64,000 nucleotides of DNA from Octopus sinensis (lineage: Eukaryota). The stretch is taken from NCBI RefSeq assembly GCF_006345805.1, contig NC_043001.1, positions 99,076,001-99,140,000 of the forward strand, in the 5' to 3' direction. Below the pieces are notes generated by a model. It was not told the DNA's origin. It was given only the letters and a program-made list of their open reading frames with translations, and made no database searches. Below, piece after piece: positions 51,493-63,730 of the stretch (the first letter of the stretch is position 1; every line of letters begins with the position of its first letter). Both the position numbers and the translations under genes were made by a program.

Positions 51493-52429
51493 CCTCTTAA
51501 TATCTTTACTAATAACACTAAGAGCTATGACAATGGAGGCCAGATTTGTCCAGATTTATGGCAGTCAAGATTGTAGGGCATTGATTAAGCAATGATGATA
51601 ATGATGATGCCACTACTGATGACAATGATAGTGGTGGTGGTAGCGGTGGTATTTGTGGTGGTGGTGATGGTGATCAGTAAACCTTTGATCAAATCTGCCC
51701 ATGATCACCCTTTCTTTTTCAGGATATCTAGAAAACATTATCAAATGGGCATGATTTGAAGGTGATTTGATTGCTATTTCTGAACGATCATGTGACAACA
51801 TAAGCCACATCTTCACACCTTTCTTGACTCTTGTGTTTGTGGGAGATTTGTAATAATGTGTATTTAATATAAGTGGTACTACTGCTTGTATTAGTTGTGT
51901 CAGTGAGGAGTGGTGATGTCAGTTGGTAATATGATAGTGTTTGTATTGGGTAGAAAGAACTGGAAGAAAGCCATTACATTACATTCCTTCTTCTGCACTA
52001 AGGTCAGTAAAAAGTAGCTACTTGGTAGAATAGAGACTAAAAGAGAAATTTCTGGATAAATAAAATTAACATTACTGGCAGTTTTTTCTTTGCTTCTGCA
52101 CCCCTTTTCTACCCATCCCCAACATCTTAGTATAAAGAAGAAGAAAAAATACCCAATTCATTCAGTCTTTCTCAGGCACACTTACCAAATAGAAAAAAAA
52201 ATATTCTTTACTTTCATTCAACACCTCTCCACTCCTATGAAGAGATCATGTGAAGTATGTCTTGTGTACTGAAGCCTAAAGCATTAAACTTCCTGTTAAG
52301 CAATTCTCCCTACCTCCAACACCTTACCACAGCATTCTGTTCCATTCAACTTTATTTGAAGAAGTATGTCTCCTGTATTAAAAAAACAAAGCATAAAAGT
52401 ACTCTACCAATTTGTAAATGTGAATATAT

Positions 52430-52613
52430 ATGTTTCTTTATTACCAACAAGGGGCTAAACATAGAGGGGACAAACAAGGACAGACAAACGGATTAAGTTG
52501 ATAACAGCGACCCCAGTGCTTAACTGGTACTTAATTTATAGACCGGAATGGATGAAAGGCAAAGTCGACCTTGGCGGAATTTGAACTCAGAACATAATGG
52601 CAGACGAAATACG
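52430..52613 (-). mobile_element. SINE family B (5'-truncated)
   Basis: Reverse complement of 58296-58480. Confidence 0.85.
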
Positions 52614-53434
52614 CCTTACATGTGAATATATATCAATTACAATGTGATAGAGGACTCTTAAATCTTTTTTAACAGCCTATGCGTTATGCTCCCTGCATTT
52701 ACCATTTCTGCACACACACATACACATACATTCAACATCCAGTAAGCCATTCTCACCTATTTTACTTTTCCTCTTCTTATTTCCTTTTTATTTCATTTGT
52801 TTTGTTTTGAAAGTTAGCTAATTAATTGTTTTCTAAATCAAAAGAATCTGTAGATCTGGTGTTTATCTCCAGTTTAAGAGGATGAAAGGAAAATATCTTC
52901 TGGAGAGTGTACTGTTTATTGTCAGTTGTATTTTCAGTACATCAGCCCAGTGAGTTGTCAATTCCACAAAGATCCTATTTATTTTGAAGTAGTTGGTCTT
53001 GGTCATTAAGAGTTCAATCATCATTAGCTATAGGATAAAAATCACAGACCCTCTTAGCTGGGTATTGGGATCTCATTGCTAGAAACCAAACAAAATGAGA
53101 GAGAGGGAGAATATTACACATTAGTGGCCTACTGGATAAGAATGTTATTTATAATTTAGAAATAATGGTTCCTGGTTTAAATCCAGTTTCATACTATGTA
53201 ACCATAGCCACCACTTGCAAATGAATAAGACCTGTAACATGTAGCATGCTTTTGCTTGCCGTTGTAAGTGCATGTGTAGGTAATCTTTTGACACACCTAC
53301 TCTCAATCTAGCATACTATGGATGTGATTGAAAGAGGAAGAAAGAGATTTCTGCAAAGTAGATTCAAACAGTATGAAACAAAGTACCTTACCTAAGGACA
53401 CAATATACCACCCAGTCCAGAAATTGAATACCTG

Positions 53435-53852
53435 ACCACCATTCGAGTGTGATCATTACCAGCGTTGCCTTACTGGCACTCGAGCCCCATACTAGTTGAG
53501 TGTTAAGAGCACCATCCAAATGTGATCGTTGCCAGAGCGGACATCTGGCATCCGTGCTGGTGGCACGTAAAAGGCACCATCCGAGCATGACCGCTACCAG
53601 CATTGCCTTACTGGCACCTGTGCCAGTGACATGTGTAAAAGATTCGAGCAAGGTCATTGCCAGTACCGTCTGACTGGCACGTAAAAGCACCCACTACACT
53701 CTCTGAGTGGTTGGCATTAGAAAGGGCATCCAGCTGTAGAAACTCTGCCAGATCAAGATTGAAGCCTGGTGAAGCCATCTGGTTCGCAAGCCCTCAGTCA
53801 AATCGTCCAACTCATGCTAGCATGGAAGGCGGATGTTAAACGACAATGATGA
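53435..53852 (+). mobile_element. RTE 3'-tail variant with diverged tandem modules
   Basis: Repeated CACCAT.CGAG..TGA.C.TT.CCAG modules followed by the standard tail. Confidence 0.8.
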
Positions 53853-54261
53853 TTATGAGTTCAACACCCTAACCACAAGGCCACATGCCTTTATAGGGTG
53901 CTGTGTACACATCTATTCATAAAACACCTGATGATGAGTGAAGATTAAAGGGTTAAAAATGACGTGTAGATGTAAATATCAAAACATTTTTCTTCTCTAA
54001 AGATGAAGTTAATACTTTGAAAGTTTATAAATTGACTAGGATTAGCAGATGTACCCTGTGATTCTTGGGTATAGCATCAAAGTAACCTAAGATAGAAGGG
54101 TGCAATTTTTAGGAGAGAATCAGTGACTGTCTTTAACATGTCTGCCTACCAGATAGAGGCTCGGTTTATTGGTTCATTTAGACATGAAGCAAGGATATGA
54201 TTTGATGAAGGTGTATTGTCATCACTTAGTGGCTCTGTCATTTGCTTATTCATACATATAC

Positions 54262-54470
54262 TATTTTACTTGTTTCAGTCATTTGACTGAGGCCATGCTG
54301 GAGCACCACCTTTAGTCGATCGAGCAAATCGACCCCAGGACTTATTCTTTGTAAGCCTAGTACTTATTCTCTCACTCTCTTCTGCCAAACCGCTAAGTTA
54401 CGGGGACGTAAACACACCAGCATCGGTTGTCAAGCAATGTTAGGGGTCAAACACAGACACACAAACATAT

Positions 54471-54507
<37 letters not shown>

Positions 54508-54930
54508 AAAGACCCCCTTCGGTCATGAATGACCATGGGATTGCACCTAGAAAGTTACCCTCCTAGACACAAGTCCGGGCAAGGTTGTTTATGGAAGACC
54601 AGCAGTCGCCCATGCATACCAGCCTCCCCTCTCCACGCCACCAGTATTATCCAAGGGAAAGACAAAGGCCGATACAGCTTGGCACCTGTGACGTCGCAGC
54701 TCATTTCTACAGTTGAGTGAACTGGAGCAACATGAAATAAAGTGCCTTGCTCAAGAACACAACACGCAGCCCGGTCCGGGATTCGAGCTCACAACCTCAC
54801 GATCGTAAGCTCGACGCTCTAACCACTGAGCCAACGATGGGCTTCTTTCAGTTTCTGTCTACCAAATCCACTCACAAGGCTTTGATCGGCCTGAGGCTAC
54901 AGTAGAAGACACTTGCCCAAGGTGCCACGC
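54262..54930 (-). mobile_element. SINE family A interrupted by a nested SINE
   Basis: Family A sequence at 54262-54506 resumes at 54834. Confidence 0.85.
54507..54833 (-). mobile_element. Young tRNA-derived SINE (family D) nested in SINE A
   Basis: Minus strand has A box TGGCTCAGTGG and B-box-like GCTCGAATCC, then TGTGTTCTTGAGCAAGGCACTTT. Older relatives occur near 13830-14010, 20730-20890 and 56800-56920. Confidence 0.85.
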
Positions 54931-55576
54931 CTATATATAGAAAATAGAAACATAAAGCAGTGCGATGCACTTTGAGGAAAGTTTACTGCTATTTTATTAG
55001 ATCTAGCTGCAATGTAAAGGCCTCCCTTCTTGGCGCATACATGCATATTTTGATGTATACCAGCAGAATGTGATTTGAATGAGATTTGGCTTCTGTTTCT
55101 AACAGGATGTGATATCACAAAGTGGTTTCCTTTGTTAGCTCATACAAACATATATACATCCTTATGTATGTATGTATGTATGTATGTATGCATGAGCTTA
55201 AAAGCTACCCAATGTAAGTAACTAACCCCAAATGGGAAGTTCTGCAAACAGATCTGACTTGTTTTGGAGAATTGTTGCAATTGCTTTCTCCGGAATCATA
55301 TCCTAATGATGATCATATTCATAGTTAAAAATTATGTAAAAAAGAAATGCCGAAAACAATTGCAGTAATGAAAACATAGGAATTCAAAATTTCAAGATTG
55401 CAGGTCCAGATTCGGCCCAGAATGTTTTTAATATACTCACAGAGTCAGCCTGATTCCATAATGGTATGATATGTTGGGCTATGGCCTCTAAGAGTAAAGT
55501 TGAAACTTTACTGACATTTCACACTTGTTATATTAGATATGTTTAATTTTGGGAAAACTATATTTCAATTAAAGTG

Positions 55577-55611
<35 letters not shown>

Positions 55612-56275
55612 ATGTATATGTACACACACACACACACATGTATGTATTAAAGAAAGCAAAAGATAAAACAAAAATGATAGTGGCCAGTAGTTGGTTCAGT
55701 ATGCTGGTCACAGGAATTTCTGTCCAAGAAAGTTGTACACCATCTCCCTCTTTCTCTCACATAACCATTCTCTCTCTCTCCTTATTACTCCCATTGCCAC
55801 CATCTTTTAATAAGACATCATCAACTCTCCTTAAATTTCTTAGTTTCTCTTTCTTTCTCTCTCTCTGTCTTTGCCACCACCCTCAACATCTCTATGCCTA
55901 CTATTACTCTCACCCCAGCATGAGGAAGTGTCATTGAATAGTAAAAAAGGGGGTCAAAGTGTGACACACTGACACACAGAAATTAGTTTTCATATCTATT
56001 ATATTAGATGTATGTACATATGTACATACATATATGATTTAAAGAGGCTTTGGCTGCCATTTCTAGCAGGTGCAGTTTCACTGTATTAACAGTTACATCA
56101 GTTGTATGAATTTGTATATTTTTCATTTCATTTATTTATTTATTTTTGTGTTTGTAGCCAACATATCTTACAAGAATGTTGCTTACATTGCTGATGGTAA
56201 TCAGATGTAAATTATGTCATCATTGGTTCTTATCTCTACTTTCATAGTTTTAATTAGTCAAAAAATATGATCATG

Positions 56276-56690
56276 AATGCAAGCAGCTGAGATGGAGTTC
56301 CTCCAAAGGGACTTTGGAGTACATATCTCAGAGATCAGTAAGGCACTCCAGATAGAGCTACTACTTCTCTGAATTGAGAGAGCACTGCTTCAATACTACA
56401 AACTTGTGATAAGAATGTCTTGGGAGATCAACTGGAAATGGTTACTTTTGACAGGACCCAATGGAACGCATGCTTGAGAGCTCTGCATTCTTGACTTTCC
56501 TGGGAATAAGTGCGTGAAGAAGATGAGATGAGATGTGATCCTTTTACATTCAATAAATAAAGTGCTCAACTGGAGATGTGGAGTGATGAAATTGTTACTG
56601 CATTCAGACAAGATGCTTTGTTGGAGCTGTTCTAATTGTGTATTCAAATTCTACCTCATATCACTGGACCCCCTCATGGTAGGAAAATTG
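56276..56690 (+). mobile_element. Old RTE-type LINE 3' remnant
   Basis: MQAAEMEFLQR..SEISKALQIELLLL*IERALLQYYKLVIRM resembles the RTE post-RT region. Confidence 0.55.
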
Positions 56691-58253
56691 GGTCTTTGAA
56701 ACCAGGTAATTCAAGTAATAGTGATAAGCCTCTAATGTCAGACTGAGTGACAAGGCTTTGTGATAAGAATGTTGCATTCATAACAAAGTTTGTTGGTATA
56801 ATTGATGGCTGTACTAACGAGCACATCGTGTCCTTGAGTGAGACACTCCATTTCTCAGTGCTCCATTCCATTCAGGTGAAAATGAGTATCATCACCAGCA
56901 GCAGCTGGAATTAACCTCAAGATGAATTGGTGTCTCTCTACAGGAAGCCTTTAACGGTCAGAGTAGCAACTGCCTTGCATTCTGCTTCTGTTATAGATAT
57001 CATGAGAGTCTGAGTTGTCCCATTGGCCGAAATTTGATGATGTGATAAAGGAATTGACATTACTATTATTACTGAGACTGTTATTGTTGGTATTTGTATT
57101 GTTGTTGTTGGTCATGGTGGTGGTAGTAGAGATGCCACTGATTCTTTTGATGTTGCTGCTACTGCTTATGCTTGTAAATAAATACTGGTGATTGATATTA
57201 TTTGTTTCTGCTGTAAGGGCTGGGGGAGATTGTTTGTTGTTCCTGTTATTATATAGCATTAATGCTGCTGCTACAACTGTTGTTGTTTTTTTCCCAGTTG
57301 ATCATCACAGTTAATTGTTGCTTCAGTACTGTCTATATATATAATAGGTCTTAAGTGTGTTGTGTCAAGTAGTTACTGACAAAGTAAGTATGTGATCACA
57401 CTAACTGCATTTAGTGGGAACTTGAGACTAGAACAACGCTTAATCAAAGAAATCCTGACTTTTGAATACAATACAAAAATGAATAAAATATGTTGAGACT
57501 TCCATCAAGTTGTTGGCAGGAAGATGGAATGATACAACAACAAAACTGTTTGGCTGAAAGAAGTAAGTGGTTAGCAATGACAATTTTCAAGAGAATGAAC
57601 ACAGCTTAAACATTTATCTCATTCTATTCAGAGTCTACTAACATTTACTAACATTTCAAGGATGTATTCAAATTTATATAGAAGAGTTGGAAAACTTTTA
57701 CTTGGACGTCATGACATTCCAAAAGCATTAACTCATTCTTTCAGTTACTCTCTAGATAGTTTGTGTTTAGTCCATTTAACAATTACAACTGAGAAAAAAC
57801 AAAAAAGAAACATAAAACCTGGGTCATGGACTTTATTCCCTTCAAAATATGTTGGTGAGATAAGCCATATCCATCCATCAATCACAATCATATCTAACTA
57901 ATCTAACTGGATGGTAGACCTAATCTATCACCCTGGCTTAATCCCACCACCTTATGTTCATATTGCCTCGAATGAACAGAAACAGCAAAGAGTAGTGAGA
58001 ACTTCTTTGTCTTGCAAGTAACAAGGAACTTTCACTAAGCAGATGTTATAATAAAATGCGCTCAGTATTTTTAAAGTGGTTGGTATTAGGAAGAGTATCC
58101 AGCTGTAGAAACCCTGCCAAAAGTAGAATGTATGAGCTAGATGTAGTTCTTCTGATTCGTCCAGAAGAGCAGTAATGTTTATTATGAACTAGTTTGGACT
58201 ACCATGATCTATTCATCTCATACTGGAATTGATGATGATGACCTGATAATTCT

Positions 58254-58480
58254 GCGAGCTGGCAGAAACGTTAGCACACTGGGCGAAATGCGTAGCCGTA
58301 TTTCGTCTGCCATTTCGTTCTGAGTTCAAATTCCGCCGAGGTCGATTTTGCCTTTCATCCTTTTGGGGTCGATTAAATAAGTACCAGTTACACACTGGGG
58401 TCAATATAATCGACTTAATCCGTTTGTCTGTCCTTGTTTGTCCTCTCTGTGTTTAGCCCCTTGTGGATAGTAAAGAAATA
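58254..58480 (+). mobile_element. SINE family B, near full-length young copy
   Basis: Head GAGCTGGCAGAAACGTTAG, B-box-like GAGTTCAAATTCC and central GCCTTTCATCCTTTTGGGGTCGATTAAATAAGTACCAG. Many older copies are in the window. Confidence 0.88.
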
Positions 58481-59371
58481 GATAATTCAGTGCCTTTGGT
58501 AAAATCCCCACTGTTGCAAGCATTCAAACTAAGTCTCTGGTCTAAGGATGGGATAACTTCCTCCCACCTATCAAGGAGACCCTATCTATTGAGCTGTAAA
58601 TGGGTACCAGTTGGGGACAGGTACAATTGTATCTCCATTTAGCTGCCACATCCTGGATGCTCCACTGGGTTGGAGGTGGGTTGGAGATGAGAGGGTGTCT
58701 ATGTTTTCTTGCTACTTACTCTACAGGCACATGAAGCAATTAATGCAAACATGATACAAGCTACCAAGCCATCATACTTGTGCATGGCAATTACACTAAT
58801 GGGTTGTCTGATAAATTTCTTTTTTCTTTTTTTTTTTTTTACTTGGCACTGAAAAGTGGTAAAATCTATTCAAATTTCAAAAACAATAAACAAAAGTTGC
58901 AGAGAAATAAGAGAGCTACAAAGAAAAGAAAATAAAACAATATGATAGAAATGATTTTTGTGTTGCTTCAGGTAATGTTGAAGAGGTTTAAAATAAACAG
59001 AGACTCCCCCCCCCCCCCGACATACACACACATACACCTCATCAAAAACAGACGTGAAATGAGTGGCAGAAGTGGTAGAATGCCATTCATAGTAATTTTA
59101 ATGTTTTGAGTTCATATCCTACTGAGATAAAAGTTTATCTTTCATTTCCTGACAGTCAATAGACTAAATGAGTCATACACAGTTGTTGTTGTTCTTGTAG
59201 TTTAGCCTCATGTTAGTTATAACCAAGTTGATTTATACTCACACATTCATCTTGACTAGTCTCTGTATATTATTTTTGTATATCATTCATTTAGTAAGGT
59301 GTGATTTGAGGGATTTGATTGTTGTTTCTTGCAGAGTAAGTAACCATGCAGAAGGTCCCTTGTTGGTTCAC

Positions 59372-59407
<36 letters not shown>

Positions 59408-60546
59408 CATTGTTTAGCTCCAAGTCAACCCTAATTGAACAATCCTGATTAATCTGTCTTATTTCAGACATAACACCCAGGGTTACATTACCTGGTGTCT
59501 TCCTTTTTTAAGGCAGTAGAGATAGTGTAATTTGAGGGAGATTTCTTGCATGTCAAATGATCATACAGTCTTCCTTGTTGACTTTGGAAAAATGTAGCTG
59601 ATTACATTGACTGGCAATGTATAGCTATATCACTGAATTGATGAAATACAAGTTGATCCAAGCGTATTTGAACTCACAATGTAGAATAATCAAACTATTT
59701 TCTGTAGCAGTAAGTTGATGAAATCAGAGTCAAACCAGAGCTTCATCACTTGACAAGCAGAGGATTGCAAGCTGACAAGGTACCAGCTGTTTTTCGATAG
59801 GTTTCTTTTTGAATCTATGCAGGTGGAAATGTCTGTCACCCTGGGCCCAGAACCACCACTCTATTAGTTTTGATTGAGATAGAGAGTGTCATCATTCTTC
59901 AGGGTAAAACATTTGGCATTTAACTGTCAAGACTACCAAACATTTGCACAGCTCACTAGAATTACTTACCCATGTAGATGAGAAGTTTGCAGTCCAATTA
60001 AAACAGTGTTATGCATTTTTCCACTTTCTTTGTCTATCTCCATTTTCCTTTTTTCATAATATGATATTAAATAATAACATATATATATACTAGGTACAGG
60101 TGTGACTGTATGGTAAGAAATTTGCTTCCCAACTACATGGTTTCAGGTTCAGTCTCATTGCATGGTACCTTAGGCAAGTGTCTTCAATCAAAACCTTGAG
60201 TGGATCTGGTAGACAGAAACTGAAAGAAGCCTGTTGTCTGTGTGTATACATGCGTTACTGTATTCTTACCTTGATATCATATGATAGATTTAAAATGAAC
60301 ATTTCCATCACTTTTAGTCTTTCATGAAAACATGTCTGATCATGGGGAAAATATTACCTTATGTGGAAACAGGTGAGGGTTGGCAACAGGAAAGGCATCT
60401 GACTCTAGAAAATCTACCTGAACATAATACTATCCAATCCGTGGAAGCATAGAAAAGTGGATATTACAATGATGATGATGATGATAATGATAAATTTATT
60501 AAAACAATATTTATAAAAAAAGTGTTTCTGGTTTCTTCATTTTAGG

Positions 60547-60690
60547 ATGAGACAGTCCAGATTATTCCCTTCACTGCTGAAGCGAATTCTCTCCCAGACT
60601 GCCTGCTTTAGTTCCAGCCCCAAACCTGTCCCAGTCTGTATAGTAGGCAGTGGACCAGCAGCTTTTTACACGGCTCAACAAATACTTAAA
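60547..60690 (+). CDS. FDXR: NADPH:adrenodoxin (ferredoxin) oxidoreductase, mitochondrial; first coding exon
   Basis: Acceptor TTTCTTCATTTTAG|G, then ATG. Translates to MRQSRLFPSLLKRILSQTACFSSSPKPVPVCIVGSGPAAFYTAQQILK, followed by donor GTAAGT. An Arg/Ser/Leu-rich mitochondrial presequence precedes the FDXR FAD-binding start (human ICVVGSGPAGFYTAQHLLK, from recall). Confidence 0.92.
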
Positions 60691-60890
60691 GTAAGTTGGT
60701 ATTAACCAGTAGAGAATCTTAAGTTTCAATTTCTTACTTAACTGTTCTGTATCTGTCCACACATGCATACACAAACACACACACAACAACAACAACAGCA
60801 ACAACCACAAAAAATATACATACAAAGAAAATTATATCTTTATTATAGGTCTCACCTTATAAATCCGACAATCATTTCTATTGTGTTAGC

Positions 60891-60924
<34 letters not shown>

Positions 60925-61049
60925 TCCTTCTTTCTTTCCTTTCCTGAGCATCCAATAACACTATACTTGTTCCACGTCCTCGCGTTGTTGTATTTTCTCT
61001 TTGTGTTTTCATGTTTGGATTAGCTTTATACACACACACACACACACAC

Positions 61050-61085
<36 letters not shown>

Positions 61086-61086
<1 letters not shown>

Positions 61087-61426
61087 TTGAAAAAATTGAG
61101 TCAACAAGAAGGGATACAGTTGGACAGTCATTTTTTGATCATTACAATTGTTTCCATGCAATGTAGTTCACCAGGAGTGCAGGTACTTGATTATGCAACT
61201 GTTTCCCTGCATTATGAAATCTAGTTGTGTTTCTTCAGGTGATAGATAAATATTGTCTCTGACGATATGTAACACCACTAGATCTCATAATGCAGGAAAA
61301 CAGTTGCATAATCAACTACCTGCACTCCTGGAGAACTATATTGCATGGAAACAATTGTAGTGATTAAAAAATAAATGCCCAATGGCACCCCTTTTTGTTG
61401 ATTCCAGTTTTTTTTTTTTTTTCAAT
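61086..61426. repeat. Long fold-back inverted repeat (~145-bp arms, ~40-nt loop)
   Basis: ACAATTGTTTCCATGCAAT.TAGTTC.CCAGGAGTGCAGGTA.TTGATTATGCAACTGTTT is mirrored at 61295-61360. Confidence 0.92.
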
Positions 61427-61589
61427 TAAATATTCACACATGACAAATGCCCAAACACAAACCTGGAAGTACAAATAATGCAACTACTGAATAGCACAGG
61501 ATAAATCTGAAGGTGGAGGAGTTTTATATTTTATTCTACTACGTTGTTAACATGAAATACCATACCTATATACTTATATATATATATAT

Positions 61590-61808
61590 ATATATCAGTT
61601 GAATAAAGTTAAAACATGATCTGGTTTACACGTTTTTTTATGGTATTTTTACATGAAATAAATTATTTTGTAATGCTCATAAAGTTAGATTAGTGCTTTC
61701 ATATCTAGTGAACTTATCAGATTCAAATGTGTTTAACTGTCAAAATGTTAAAATGCCATAAAAAAATGTGAAAACCAGATCAGTTTTAACTTTATTCAAC
61801 TGATATAT
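61590..61808. repeat. Fold-back inverted repeat (~64-bp arms) with a degenerate hammerhead-like motif in the loop
   Basis: Arms at 61590-61654 and 61745-61808. The loop on the minus strand (61726-61685) reads UUGAAU-CUGAUAA-...-GAAA-GCAC-UA-AUCUAA. Confidence 0.85.
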
Positions 61809-61836
61809 TATTCTATACACATTCACACAAATTGAA

Positions 61837-61874
<38 letters not shown>

Positions 61875-61875
<1 letters not shown>

Positions 61876-61925
61876 GCTTCCTGATGATTTCATTTGAATG
61901 AAACAGTTCTAGTCCTGTAGAAGCT
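61875..61925 (+). ncRNA. Type I hammerhead ribozyme with intact core, in a short probable PLE-derived insert (61873-62010)
   Basis: AGCUUC-CUGAUGA-U-UUC(AUUU)GAA-U-GAA-ACAG(UUCUAGUC)CUGU-A-GAAGCU. Stem I is 6 bp and stem III is 4 bp. The triplet is GUA, with the predicted cut after 61919. Confidence 0.78.
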
Positions 61926-62407
61926 CCTTCTATAAAATAAATTAATTTACTCTGCTATGTATTGAGTACCTTATTTACTGTGGTTAACCCCGACTCAACC
62001 CGGGACCTACATATATATATATATATTCTTGTATCCTTGTGTTTGGATATAGACTACACTGTAATAGTGTTATAACACCACAAAAACTAAATCAATAACA
62101 AAAATATAACAAACTTATATCTCTTCTCAATGATTTCAACTACCTTCACAAATGCAACTGCACACACCACACTGTACCTCACACTGTCAGTATGCATGCA
62201 CGCATATATATATATGAAGGGGAATATTCTTTATGTTGCATGTCTCGTTTCTCTGTTTTTTTCGTTGTTCGAAAAAAGTTTGTTTTGTTGTTTTTGCTTT
62301 TATGTTTACGTTTCCCATTATGTTCAACGTTTTTTTGATGCCCTGTACCCATATATGCATGTATATATACATATATATGTGGGTATGTACATATATGTAT
62401 GTATATA

Positions 62408-62461
<54 letters not shown>

Positions 62462-62467
62462 CATACA

Positions 62468-63026
62468 TACATACATATAAGAGGGATGACCTGTAAGTGG
62501 ACATCTATTATGCTAGAAGAAGATCTGCTATGGTCTTACCACTAAGAAAGGAATGTTCTCAAGAAACACGGTGGTAATGTGGGTGGTGGTGGTGGTGGTG
62601 GTGGTTGCAGTAATGGTGCAAGTGATGATGGTAGCGATGTTGATAGTTGTTGGCGGATGTGTTAGTTCCTTGGTAGTTGTAGTGGATAGGAATTGATGAG
62701 GGTTGATGGTGTGGTGGTTATTATTTTTTAGCCATGATTTTTGTGGCAGTGGCAGTGGTGGTGGTTTTTATTGTGTTAATGTTTTTGGTGGGCATGTGTG
62801 CTAGTTGTAGCGAAGTTGATAGACAGTGTGGGAGTGTTGGTGCTTGAGATGATTGTGGTGTTGATAACTAGGATTGGTGTGTTAGTACTTGTAGTGATTT
62901 TGCTGTTGATAGATGTAGTGGGAATTAATGTTCTGGAGAACATTCCTTTCTTAGTGGTATGACTATAGCGGATCTTTCTAGCATAATGGATGTCCACTTA
63001 CAGGTCATCCCTCTTATATGTATGTA
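62468..63026. repeat. Inverted repeat with ~97-bp arms around a GT-rich low-complexity spacer
   Basis: 62468-62565 versus 62931-63026 (AAGAGGGATGACCTGTAAGTGGACATC / GATGTCCACTTACAGGTCATCCCTCTT). Confidence 0.9.
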
Positions 63027-63322
63027 ATATAATTTTTTCTGAAACTTCAGATTTTTCAATATGCCAGACCATATTTGTTAATACAACATTATCTAGGCTA
63101 TCCAAAATTAGTGAAATTCCAGCAGGACATCTGAAAAATTACCACTTTATAAACACTGACAAAAAGAATGCCTAAATCGAATTCAACCTAAGACATCCCT
63201 TCATGAAATTAAAAAAATTAACATATTAAGTCATTCAACTATCACCACTATTAGTTATTTATTTACTCATTTAAACCTTTTATAAGAATTAACCTTATTT
63301 AATATTCGAAAAATTATTTTAA

Positions 63323-63730
63323 TTAATAATTGAAATATTTGAATGTCTTTCTAAATTTATGGCAACATCTTATTGTAAAGTGTCCATTAAAATTCAATAA
63401 AATTAATTTAGAAGTAACTATAGAATACATTTCTTTAAGGCAAAGATCACATGTAGAATTACCAATATCGTACAATGGTACATAACTAATAGTGGACCAC
63501 TTTAAACCGTACTTAATGTTCCTATCCTTTAAATTCCAAATGCATTTACTTTTTCTTCTATACTTTAATGAATGAGAGTGATTATAAAATCTAGATTTCC
63601 AAGTTGTAGCAGATGAACCAATATAATAATACTTATGATCTCTAGTTATTACTTTACACTGATATACTATATTTTTTCCTTAAACACTGATTTTCTAAAG
63701 GGCATACAATTTTAGACAATTACACAGGGA
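63323..63730 (-). mobile_element. Penelope-like element GIY-YIG endonuclease remnant
   Basis: PCNC../CPLENQCLR, then a 1-nt frameshift, then IVYQCKVITRDHKYYYIGSSATTWKSRFYNH..IWNLKDRNIKYGLKWS..CDLCLKE..LN..RCCHK*. It is missing from the ORF track because it lacks a suitable start codon. Confidence 0.88.

Noticed and set aside
54770-54833. tRNA gene
   Set aside because: A and B boxes are present but there is no complete cloverleaf, and the sequence continues into a SINE body.
56951-57259. Asn/Thr/Ser-rich ORF
   Set aside because: Degenerate trinucleotide low-complexity sequence.
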